From Verrucomicrobiota bacterium (GTDB lineage Bacteria; Verrucomicrobiota; Verrucomicrobiia; Limisphaerales; Palsa-1400): DNA of 64,000 nucleotides. Below the pieces are notes generated by a model. The model did not search any database. It worked only from the letters and a program-made list of their open reading frames with translations, and was not told the origin of the DNA. A program made the position numbers and the translations under genes. The stretch spans positions 4,094 through 68,093 of the forward strand of contig JBEKYR010000012.1 of NCBI GenBank assembly GCA_049510745.1. The letters are read 5' to 3'. The stretch's first letter is position 1, and each line of letters opens with the position of its first letter. Of this stretch, positions 8,378-17,562 are shown piece by piece.

Positions 8378-11122
8378 TTATAAAGTCACCCGCGCGGCCC
8401 AATCAAGCGGGTTGCGCCGGCCAAGCTTCAGATGCAGATCCACCGGTTTTCCCTCCGGCAAATGCAGGTCGCATCTGGCCGTGCCTGACTGGAGTTTCGC
8501 CGTCAAAACACCGCTGGGGGCGGAGATATTTTCGATGCCATGCCGGGCAATCAATGTGACGTCTTGCTTTCTTACCGAGGTGATCGTTACGTCCACGGTT
8601 CGAGCTTCCATGTCCCAGGCCAGATTATCAATCCTGGCAAATGTGCGGGCCAGCACCCCGTTAATCGAGCCTTTCACCAGCGAGGGAGGAAGGGCGGGAA
8701 GCACCTCAATCACGCCCGGGCGCGAATAAGCCAGCATTTCCATCATGATCGCGGGAATTCCGCCCTGTGCGTCCGGCACGGGCCCGCCATAGGGTTCACG
8801 CGAGCACCGGAACGCGGTGCTGACGTAGCCCTGCTCCATCAATTGCCGCAGTTGAATGTCCACGATGACATTGTTTTTGAGCCGGGCCCCAACCAAAGCG
8901 CGATGGCAGCGGGCATAAGCAGCCAAAGTTTCGCCCGCGACTGCGGTGGACATGACATCGAAAGTGCGCCTCCGGTCGGCGATCACCGCGGCTCGGGCCA
9001 GTTGCGGTGCGCGGTCCGGATCAATTTCGTCGCCGGGCCAGGCTCCATAAAGATGAGAAACGTGTCGGTGGCTGTAACGTTCTTGCAGGGTGGGCCAGGC
9101 CCATTCCTTGAGCGTACCGTCCAATTCGAGCAAATAGGGTGGCATCTTGGCCAACATCGCCATCCATTTGGGCACGCTCTCGGCCTCAATGCCCAGCAAC
9201 TCGCAAGCCTCGACCAAATTGGCCAGGACTTCCCGGCACACCGCGATGTCCATGCTGGCATTGACCATCACCGGTCCGGACGGGTCCGTGCTGCCGGGCG
9301 TGTTCTCCGGTGAGAAGGATGGGACGAAGATGTAGTTCCCATCCTTGTCCGTGGCCGTCAGGAAATCCTCGTAAAACAGCGCCAGGTCTTTATATGCCGG
9401 CACCACGCGCTTGCGGAGGAAATCCAGGTCTCCCGTCACCAGATAGTGGTCCCAGAACGGGCGGCAGGCCAGGCCGCCCGCGGAAATCCAATAGGGCCAG
9501 AGGCCTCCAATCGTGGAGCTGTTGGAGTAATAATACTTGACGCCCATTCCTTTGTCCGGCCAAAGGGGATACGACGTGCCGCGGAACCCGAAGATGTTCC
9601 TGGCGTTGGCCCGGCAGTCCGGGGCCAGGCTTTCGATCCAATTGAAGTAGGCTTCCGTCCCTTCGCGGAGGTCGCCCTGCACCGCGCCGGCCGCCTGCAA
9701 CAGTCCGGGTCCCGCGGCTCGTACTTCTTCTCCAAGTCGGGGGTCGCCCGGCGCCGCGCCGCCCGCAGGCGGGTTGACGGCGAAGTTGACCCTCGCTGCG
9801 ATGCCTGGATACTTGCCGCTGGTGAGGATGAACCAATGGCGCCCCATTTCGAATACCTTCTCCAGCAAGGCGGGCGAAAAGTCCGCCCTTGACCGCTGAT
9901 CGGCCAGCAGTTCCTCGGCGGACATGCCGTATTGGGAGGCGCCGCCGAAATCCACGGTAACGCGGTTGAGCATTTCCGATTGGACCCGGCGATGGCGTTC
10001 CAAGAGGGCCGCGTAATCCGGGGTGATTTGCCCGACCGCCTGCCGGAGAGTTTCCACCTTGTCGTCGCTGTAGTCGGGGAAATACTCGATGCGGGTGAGC
10101 AGGATCACCGAAGAGGCGTTTTCGATGACCAGAGTGTCCTGGTCCATCCGTGCCAAGCCGCCGTTGGGAACGACGCGGGTCACTCCAGCGTAGCCGCTGT
10201 TGTCCACGGAGGGGTCCAAACGGCATTTGTAAATGAGGCGTTGCGCGGTAAAATCGGGTTGAACGTCGCCGGTTTCAGGGCCCTTGGTTGCTCCCCTGGC
10301 GGGGTGGTTGCCCCAAGACGTCCCGGTGCTCATGCTCCACTCCGCGGACTTCTGCACAGAGATTCGGACATTCACCGACTGCCCTTTGGGAGCGGTGAGC
10401 CACTGGACCACAACGTTGTCAGGCCGCGAAGTGAAAATCTGACGAAGCCACTCGCCGTGCTCGTCAGTCCAGGTGACCTCTATCTGACTGTTCTCGAAAT
10501 TGACCGTGCGGAGATAGTTCTTGACAGACGCGGTTTTCGGAAAATCCAACCGCATCAGGAACGCCGGGATGGTGAGGTGCGGCTCGGTATTCTGCTTGAG
10601 GGTGCTTTCATTCATGCGCTGAACCGCGAGCGCGATGGCTTCTCTGTGTTTCCCTTCCATCACCATTTGCCGCACTTGGGGAAAGAGGTCCGCGATCTTG
10701 GGGGCCTCCAAGGGCCTGGCCCACGGCATGAGCAGACTTTCGTGGTGGAAAAGGATCTGCTCCGAGTAGGGATCGCCCATCAACTCGATAGTCATCGCTC
10801 CGTTGCCCGAGATGAGACTCTCGCTGACCAACCCGCCGGGCGCGATGCTGCAAAAGCCGCGCTGCGGCACAATCTTCCGCTTGACCCGTTCCGCCAGCGG
10901 CATCGGCGCAAGCTGATACGGCTTCGCCAGCGCGGGCGCCTTGGGCAGGAATCGCTCCGCTTGTCCCTTGCGAAGATATTCGACTGGGCGATTGTCAGCC
11001 TCTGACGCCCCATTTGAATCAGGAATGGCGCCGCCGCCGGCTGCGAGCGACTCAAGCGTCTTGACAGAACCGGCCAGGCCCGCGGCGAGGGCGCTGGTTT
11101 TAATAAAATCTCTACGTTTCAT
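8378..11122 (-). CDS. Tat-exported GH95-like glycoside hydrolase (alpha-L-fucosidase/galactosidase family fold), paralog 1
   Basis: Tat motif 'MKRRDFIKTSALAAGLAG'. 'ISGNGAMTIELMGDPYSEQILFHHESL', 'ERYSHRHVSHLYGAWPGDEI' and 'GVIEVLPALPPSLVKGSINGVLAR' match GH95 N-terminal, catalytic and C-terminal signatures as I recall them. Confidence 0.8.
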   Translation of the reverse strand: MKRRDFIKTSALAAGLAGSVKTLESLAAGGGAIPDSNGASEADNRPVEYLRKGQAERFLPKAPALAKPYQLAPMPLAERVKRKIVPQRGFCSIAPGGLVSESLISGNGAMTIELMGDPYSEQILFHHESLLMPWARPLEAPKIADLFPQVRQMVMEGKHREAIALAVQRMNESTLKQNTEPHLTIPAFLMRLDFPKTASVKNYLRTVNFENSQIEVTWTDEHGEWLRQIFTSRPDNVVVQWLTAPKGQSVNVRISVQKSAEWSMSTGTSWGNHPARGATKGPETGDVQPDFTAQRLIYKCRLDPSVDNSGYAGVTRVVPNGGLARMDQDTLVIENASSVILLTRIEYFPDYSDDKVETLRQAVGQITPDYAALLERHRRVQSEMLNRVTVDFGGASQYGMSAEELLADQRSRADFSPALLEKVFEMGRHWFILTSGKYPGIAARVNFAVNPPAGGAAPGDPRLGEEVRAAGPGLLQAAGAVQGDLREGTEAYFNWIESLAPDCRANARNIFGFRGTSYPLWPDKGMGVKYYYSNSSTIGGLWPYWISAGGLACRPFWDHYLVTGDLDFLRKRVVPAYKDLALFYEDFLTATDKDGNYIFVPSFSPENTPGSTDPSGPVMVNASMDIAVCREVLANLVEACELLGIEAESVPKWMAMLAKMPPYLLELDGTLKEWAWPTLQERYSHRHVSHLYGAWPGDEIDPDRAPQLARAAVIADRRRTFDVMSTAVAGETLAAYARCHRALVGARLKNNVIVDIQLRQLMEQGYVSTAFRCSREPYGGPVPDAQGGIPAIMMEMLAYSRPGVIEVLPALPPSLVKGSINGVLARTFARIDNLAWDMEARTVDVTITSVRKQDVTLIARHGIENISAPSGVLTAKLQSGTARCDLHLPEGKPVDLHLKLGRRNPLDWAARVTL

Positions 11123-11152
11123 ATTTCTCCCGCCTGGTTTATTGGCTGTTCC

Positions 11153-13815
11153 TCACGCGACCCAATGGACCCATTCCAGCGGATTCCGCCGGCCGAGTTT
11201 CAAATGGATTTCCACCGGCTTTCCTTCCGGCAAGTGCAGATCGCACGCGGCAATGTCCCGTTGCGGCTTCGCCTTCAAAATACCGGCAGGCGCGGCAATG
11301 TCTTCAATTCCATATCGCGCCAGCAAGGTGATGTCCTGCGGTTTCACCGAGGTAACGGTTAAGTCCACCGTCCGAGCTTCCATGTCCCAAGCCAGTTTAT
11401 TGAGTCGCGCAAAAGTGTGGAGTTGCATCCCGTTGATGGATCCCTTCACCAGTGATGGAGGAAGGGCCGGAAGCACCTCAATCACACCGGGTCGGGCGTA
11501 GGCCAGCATTTCCATCATGATTGTGGGAATCCCGCCTTGCGCATCCGGCATGACCCTGGAGTAGGGGTCGTGAGAACACCGGAGCGTGGGGCCCACGTAG
11601 CCTTCTTCAATCAGTTGCCGCAACTCGCTGTCCACCATGTAGCTGTCTTTGAGCCGGGCCCCAACCAAAGCGCGATGGCAGCGGCCATGAGCTGCCAGCC
11701 TCTCCGGAATACGGCGCCGGTCGGCAATCATGACGGCCTTGGCCAACTGCGGCGTGCGGTCCGGATCAATTTCGTCGCCGGGCCATGCTCCGTAGAGATG
11801 AGAGATGTGCCGATGAACATAACGCTCTCCCAAAGTGGGCCAGGCCCATTCCTTCATGGCGCCGTCCGGTTCGAGCAGGTAGGGCGGCAATTTCGCCAGT
11901 ATCGCCTTCCATTTCGGCACGCTCTCGGCCTCAATGCCCAGCAGTTCGCAAGCCTCGACCAAATTGGCCAGGACTTCCCGGCACACCGCGATGTCCATGC
12001 TGGCGTTAATCACCATCATGCATGAAGGGTTCAGGCTGCCCGGATTGTTCTCCGGAGAGAAGGATGGGACGAAGATGTAGTTCCCATCCTTGTCCGTCAC
12101 CGTCAGGAAATCCTCGTAAAACAGCGCCAGGTCTTTATATGCCGGCACCACGCGCTTGCGGAGGAAATCCAGGTCTCCCGTGACCAGGTAGTGGTCCCAG
12201 AACGGGCGCACACACCAGGGGCCGGCGGCAAGCCAGTAGGGATGCGGCCAGGTTTCTCCGGTTGCGGTCGAACCAGCATGGTCGTACATGGTTTCGACGC
12301 CCATCTCTTTGCTCGGCGTGAGGGCAAAATGGGTGCCGCGCATGCCGAAAATATTCTTGGCGTTGGTGCGGAAGTCCGAGACCAGGCTCTCCATCCAGTT
12401 GAAGTAGGCTTCCTCGCCTTCGCGGTGATCGCCCAAGGCCATGGGCGCGAGCTGCAGGTTGATGTTGGCGTTGGTCTCAGCCGACATGCTGCAGTATTTC
12501 CCGCTGGTCAGGATGAACCAGTAGCGGCACATGTCGAATAACTTCTCGAGATAAGCGGCCGAATAACCCGGGCTCGACCGCTGATCCGACAGGAGCTCCT
12601 CGGAAGACAATCCATATTGCGAGGCGCCGCCGAAATCCACGGTGACGCGGTTAAGCATCTCGGACTGGACCTTCCGGCCTCGCTCCAGCAGGGCCTCATA
12701 GTCCGGAGTAAGCCCTTCCACTGCCAGTCGTAGCGCTTCCACCTTGTCCTCGGTGTAGTCGGGGAAGTATTCGAGGCGCGTGAGCAGCATCACGGAAGTC
12801 GCGTTCTCGACGACCAGCACGTTCCCCTCCATCCGGGCCGCGCCACCGTCGCGGACCACGCGGGTCACACCGGCGTAGCCCCGATTGTTGACGGAGGGAT
12901 CCAAATGGCCCTTATAGATCAGGCGCTGCTCGTTGCAGTCTTGCTGAACATTGCTGGATCCTCCGCCCCCGCCACCCGGCGGACCGCCCCCCCCGCCGCC
13001 TCTTCCCCCGCCACGACCTCCCCCCCGGCAGACAAAGCGATTCGGACATTCACCGACTGTCCTTTGGGGGCGGTGAGCCATTGAACCACAAGGTTGTCGG
13101 GTCGGGAGGTAAAAGTCCGGCGAACCCACTCACCGCGCTCGTCCGTCCAGTGGACCTTCACCTCGGTGCTCTCGAAATCAACCGTGCGGAGATAGTCCTT
13201 GACCGACGCGCTTTTTGGAAACTCAAGGCGCATGGAGAATCCCCCGCCTGCGCCGAACCCTATGCCGCCGGGCGCGGTTGGGCCTTCATGCCATTTGTGG
13301 TAGCCGAGTGCGGCAGCGTCGTGATATTTTCCGTCCAGCAACATTTGCCGCAACTGCGGTAAAATTTCCGCGACCTTGGGCGCCTCGAAGGGCCTCCGAC
13401 GCGGCACATACAGCATTTCGTGGCGGAAAGGAATCTGTTCGGTGTAGGGATCGCACGTCAACTCAATGTTGACGGCTCCATTGCCAGAGATGAGCCCGCC
13501 ATTTCCGGGCGTAATACTGCAAAAGCCCCGCTGCGGCACAATCTTCCGCTTGATCCGTTCCGCCAATGGCATCGGCGAAATCTCAACGTCCCCGGGAAGA
13601 TTTGATTTCGCCAGCACCGGCGCCTTGGGCAGGAACTTATCCTCCTGCGCGCGGCGAAGATAGTCAGCGGATCGGTTGTCCCCCGGCAGCCCTTCCGTTT
13701 GTCCTGTGGGTTGTTGGGAACCGCCTTCGCTGGCCGCAAGCATCGGGGGGAACTTCAGTGAACCGGCCAAGCCGGCAGCGACCGCACCTGTTTTAAGAAA
13801 ATCTCTGCGCCTCAT
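11153..13815 (-). pseudogene. GH95-like paralog 2, split by a frameshift inside a poly-G / Gly-rich tract
   Basis: The N-terminal part (ATG 13815, Tat motif 'MRRRDFLKTGAVAAGLAG') stops at 12919. The C-terminal part continues in another frame from the G-rich tract at 12955-13030 to 11153. Both parts are collinear with paralog 1. Confidence 0.6.
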
Positions 13816-13859
13816 AATTTCCTCGTCTGGATTGGCTCCGGGAGAATTTTGGGACTCTT

Positions 13860-15548
13860 CTAGCTTAACAAGATTTTGCGAACCTCGCCTTCGGGGTCGT
13901 CCACCATGCGGCATACGTTGTCGAATACCATCGTTGGGCACCCATCCGAGTTGAACGGCATCCAGGTCAAACCGCTCTGGCTGGGATTGCCCGTGCGAGC
14001 GAAATTCGCCCAGGCCGTGGCCATCTTCTTTGCCAGCTTTTGCGCCTTCGGCGTGTTCCCGGTGCCCTGTTCGCAACGCTTCGTGTTGTCAAAGCAGAAA
14101 GCCAGTTCGGCCGTGTGCCACGCGCCGGCATCCTCCAACATCGGCGATTGCCAGGTGAAGTAGTAGGCAAAGACCGGCGCGCCCTTCTGGTCGCACTTCA
14201 TCTTGGCCATGCGGGTGACGTTGTTGCGCACCAGCAGGCCGCTCACGCCGTAGGAAAGCGTGCGGATGCTCTTCTCCGGATGCGCCTTCTTCATCGCGGC
14301 AATCAGCGTGGTGGCCTTGGCATCGCCCAAGACTCCAGCCAGGGTGGCATGCCACTCCGCCTCAGTCGGCTTGGAAGACATCCGGTTCCCTTCCTCACTC
14401 ACCGAGCCGATCAACATCGGCACGTTCTTGGAAATTTCGGGAGCGGCTTCATAAAAGGAGCGCATGGTGATCAGCCGGCCATCAACTGTCGGTCCCATGC
14501 CGACGCGCGGCGTGGTCCCTGAGGGTGATCCCATCCCGAGACCCCGCTGCGCGGGCGGGTTGATCTTGGCAGCGGCGGCGGTGGCAGCCGCGTTCAGTTT
14601 GGCCCACTCCATTTTCTGTAGCGCGCCGATATCGTTCGGCCCCAGCCCCAACTCGACCATGATCTGTTTCGCCAGCGCCCGGGATTGCTCGGTGCCGGGA
14701 GGATTGCCGCCCCCGCCCGACTGCACAGAAGCGCGATGGAACAGCCCCGCCGCCGACGGCATGCCCATGAGCGTGGTCACCTTGGAGCCGCCGCCCGACT
14801 GGCCATAAATCATGACGTTGTTCGGATCGCCGCCGAAATTCGCAATGTTGTCCCGGACCCAACGCAGCGCCGCGACCAAGTCGGTCATTCCGATGTTGAC
14901 CGAATCAGCATAAGCGGCCCCGCCGATTTCAGACAGGTCGAAGAATCCGAGGATATTGAGGCGATGATTGACCGACACCTGGACGATGTCATGATGTCGC
15001 GCCATCTGCGCTCCTTCGTGCGAAGGCAACTCATAGGACGAGCCGAAGCTGAAACCGCCGCCATGAAAATAGACCATCACCGGGCGTTTGCCGGTCAGGC
15101 TGGACGTCCAGATGTTGAGCTTGAGCATGTCTTCGCTCATGTAGCCGTCGTCCCAATCCTGAATGAACGATTGCTCGATGGCCGTGTAGTCATGCAGCCG
15201 CTGCGGGCAGTTGGCGCCATAGATCAGGGCGGGGTGCTCGCCGTCCCACGCCTTTGGAGGTTTGACCGGAAGCCAGCGGTTCTCGCCGCCCGTATCCTGG
15301 CCATACGGTATTCCTTTGAAGCTGAAGACGCCGTCATCGAGAAAGCCGCGCACCTTTCCATATTGCGTATTTGCGACTGCCGAACGCGGCGTGGAGCAGT
15401 TTCCCGGCGCCTGGTGCGCGGAAGTCTTGGTGCTGTCGGACGCCCGCGCTGTTCCAGGCAGTGCGATTCCCAAGCCCGCTGTAGCAGAGAGCAGCAGCGC
15501 CTGGCGGCGGGTGAGTTTGTTACGATGCATGTAATCTGAATTTGACAT
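13860..15548 (-). CDS. Tat-exported type-B carboxylesterase/lipase (PnbA-like)
   Basis: 'TRRQALLLSATAGLG' (Tat), 'VMVYFHGGGFSFGS' (oxyanion hole), 'MIYGQSGGGSKV' (GxSxG nucleophile elbow). Confidence 0.88.
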   Translation of the reverse strand: MSNSDYMHRNKLTRRQALLLSATAGLGIALPGTARASDSTKTSAHQAPGNCSTPRSAVANTQYGKVRGFLDDGVFSFKGIPYGQDTGGENRWLPVKPPKAWDGEHPALIYGANCPQRLHDYTAIEQSFIQDWDDGYMSEDMLKLNIWTSSLTGKRPVMVYFHGGGFSFGSSYELPSHEGAQMARHHDIVQVSVNHRLNILGFFDLSEIGGAAYADSVNIGMTDLVAALRWVRDNIANFGGDPNNVMIYGQSGGGSKVTTLMGMPSAAGLFHRASVQSGGGGNPPGTEQSRALAKQIMVELGLGPNDIGALQKMEWAKLNAAATAAAAKINPPAQRGLGMGSPSGTTPRVGMGPTVDGRLITMRSFYEAAPEISKNVPMLIGSVSEEGNRMSSKPTEAEWHATLAGVLGDAKATTLIAAMKKAHPEKSIRTLSYGVSGLLVRNNVTRMAKMKCDQKGAPVFAYYFTWQSPMLEDAGAWHTAELAFCFDNTKRCEQGTGNTPKAQKLAKKMATAWANFARTGNPSQSGLTWMPFNSDGCPTMVFDNVCRMVDDPEGEVRKILLS

Positions 15549-15600
15549 GATTTCTCCTTTTGATAACGGGTGGGGGTTTTGCTTTTGCAGCGCCGGTAAA

Positions 15601-17103
15601 CTATTTGACAGGGATTAGCATCTGTGTAAATGAATGAGCCGGAAAGTCATATTTGATATGATTACCGCTGAATTGGAATTCCTTGGTGGCGATGGTCACA
15701 CCCTCCCGGGTCTTCGTGTTCGTTGACACGACAGATTCACCGTTGACCTCCTTGACGGCGGCGCTCCCCGTGAATTCCCCGCTCTGCAACACGATATCCG
15801 AGGCTATGGAATTCGTTTCACGCCGGTTGACTACATTGACCACCAGGATTTTGCTGGAGTCGTTGAACACAGCGGTAACATCAAGATAGGGTATGTCGTT
15901 AAATACCTTGTTGCTGTATTTTTCACTGTCGGCATACACATCCAGAGAAGTGCCTCGCGAGTTTTTTGAATACAAGTAGAAGGCCTGGTACAGTGCATTC
16001 TTGTAATCGCCGTCGGGTGAATTGCCCACCAGGCTGGAAAGCATCGTAATATTCGCCATTTTCACGATATCGGCATGCCTGATAAAGGAGTTCAGGTGCT
16101 GGGCTACCATGAGGGATCCTGTCAGCGTTGCGCCTCCGGCCGACCATTCGTCAAAAGAAATATACACCGGCCTTTTGGATCCGGATTTCGCCATCGCCTT
16201 CTCGATCAGGGCTTTGATGATGTTGATCTTCTGATCCACATCGAGGCCCAGAGACATCATCCCCGAGAAGTTTGTGTCGCCCGCCAGCGCCTCCCTTGCG
16301 TATCTGTGAACCGATAGATAATCAATATTGCCCACGAGGTGTTGCAATACATAATCGTTCCAATCAATCCAGTTGTTGTCGGGCTTGTAATTGGAAGCCC
16401 CGTCCGCAATGAATTTAACATTCCCGTCCACCAACCGCATGATCTTGGCGGCTTCCAGCGCAAATTTGCAGTAGTCTTCAGCATTCTTCTGGCCGGTCTG
16501 CCAGGGCCCGTCAATTTCGTTGCCCAGAGACCAGTATTTGACATTAAAAGGTTGTTCATTGCCATACTTCCTCCGAAGATCCGAGTAATAGGTCCCTCTC
16601 GGATAGTTGCAGTACTCAATCCAATGCCTGGCCTGATCCAGAGTTCCCAAGCCGGCGTTGATACAGACGAAATTCTCCGCCCCGAGCAGGCTGCAGAGTT
16701 TGACATATTCATCCGTTCCCATCTGATTGCTGTCAATTTGATGCCATGCAAGGTCGAGCCTGGCTGGACGCTGGTCCTTCGGACCAATCCCATCCTCCCA
16801 GTTATAGCCCGAGACATAATTTCCGCCGGGCCACCGGACCACGGGAATGTCGAGCGCCTGGATCAGTTGGACAAAGTCCTTTCTGAATCCGTTCCCATCC
16901 GCCAGGGGAGATTTGGGATCATAAATAGAGCCATAGACCACCGTGCGTATCGGCTCAACGAAAGCCCCGTAGATGTTGGGGTCCAAATACCCGATTTTTC
17001 GGTCCAGATCAATTTTAATGAGTGCCGATTGCTCTGCCCCAAGATTCGCGGTGATCAGGTTGGAGAGAATTAAAAAAGCGAGCGGAAGGTTGCTCTTTTT
17101 CAT
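15601..17103 (-). CDS. abfA: GH51 alpha-L-arabinofuranosidase, secreted
   Basis: Start chosen at 'MKKSNLPLAFLILSNLITANLGA' (cat at 17101-17103). 'VVRWPGGNYVSGYNWEDGIGPKDQRP', 'NEQPFNVKYWSLGNEIDGPWQ'. The 131 upstream codons of the track ORF are Arg-rich and non-homologous. Confidence 0.88.
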   Translation of the reverse strand: MKKSNLPLAFLILSNLITANLGAEQSALIKIDLDRKIGYLDPNIYGAFVEPIRTVVYGSIYDPKSPLADGNGFRKDFVQLIQALDIPVVRWPGGNYVSGYNWEDGIGPKDQRPARLDLAWHQIDSNQMGTDEYVKLCSLLGAENFVCINAGLGTLDQARHWIEYCNYPRGTYYSDLRRKYGNEQPFNVKYWSLGNEIDGPWQTGQKNAEDYCKFALEAAKIMRLVDGNVKFIADGASNYKPDNNWIDWNDYVLQHLVGNIDYLSVHRYAREALAGDTNFSGMMSLGLDVDQKINIIKALIEKAMAKSGSKRPVYISFDEWSAGGATLTGSLMVAQHLNSFIRHADIVKMANITMLSSLVGNSPDGDYKNALYQAFYLYSKNSRGTSLDVYADSEKYSNKVFNDIPYLDVTAVFNDSSKILVVNVVNRRETNSIASDIVLQSGEFTGSAAVKEVNGESVVSTNTKTREGVTIATKEFQFSGNHIKYDFPAHSFTQMLIPVK

Positions 17104-17229
17104 AGGGATTATGTTTGCAATTCTGATTGCATAAAGAACGGAGGGGAGTGCATGTTTGGCGCGACGCATGCACTCCGTGCGACGCGGGTGGCCGGTGCTG
17201 CCCGAAAAGTTCCAGCTTGTGCCGCCGAT

Positions 17230-17395
17230 CCGCAGCCGATTCATTGACCGTCTCGACCGTTTGAAACGGCAACGCCACCCGCAACGGCGCGACGCGGTTC
17301 CCCGCGCCGTCATATTTGCCTTCCCAAACCAGTTCCGTCCGGGTGACGGCGAGCGGGTGTTGCGTCTTGGCTGCCGCCTCGTTGCGCTCTGCCAT
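17230..17395 (-). pseudogene. N-terminal remnant (~55 aa) of an adenine-specific DNA methyltransferase (Mod/COG2189-like)
   Basis: 'MAERNEAAAKTQHPLAVTRTELVWEGKYDGAGNRVAPLRVALPFQTVETVNESAADRRHKLELFGQ' matches the conserved N-terminus of N6/N4 methylases (..LVW.GKYD..G.R......LPFQ..E..NES). No SAM-binding or DPPY region follows. Confidence 0.5.
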
Positions 17396-17499
17396 GCCAG
17401 CGAGCCTAACAGACAAGCCGGGCGCGGGCAAGCGCGGCCTTCGGTGGCGCGGTGGCGGGCGCTCCCGGGCTTTGGAAGCAACGCAAAGCGAAACACAAA

Positions 17500-17562
17500 G
17501 CTGAAAGCTGAAAACAGAAAGCAGAAAACTGGAAACTGGAAGCTGAAAGCTGAAAGCTGAAA
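17500..17562. repeat. Nine tandem purine-rich heptamers (gctgaaa / gcagaaa / actggaa)
   Basis: gctgaaa x2, acagaaa, gcagaaa, actggaa x2, gctgaaa x3. A related 'acgcaaagcgaaacacaaa' leader lies at 17481-17499. Confidence 0.9.
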
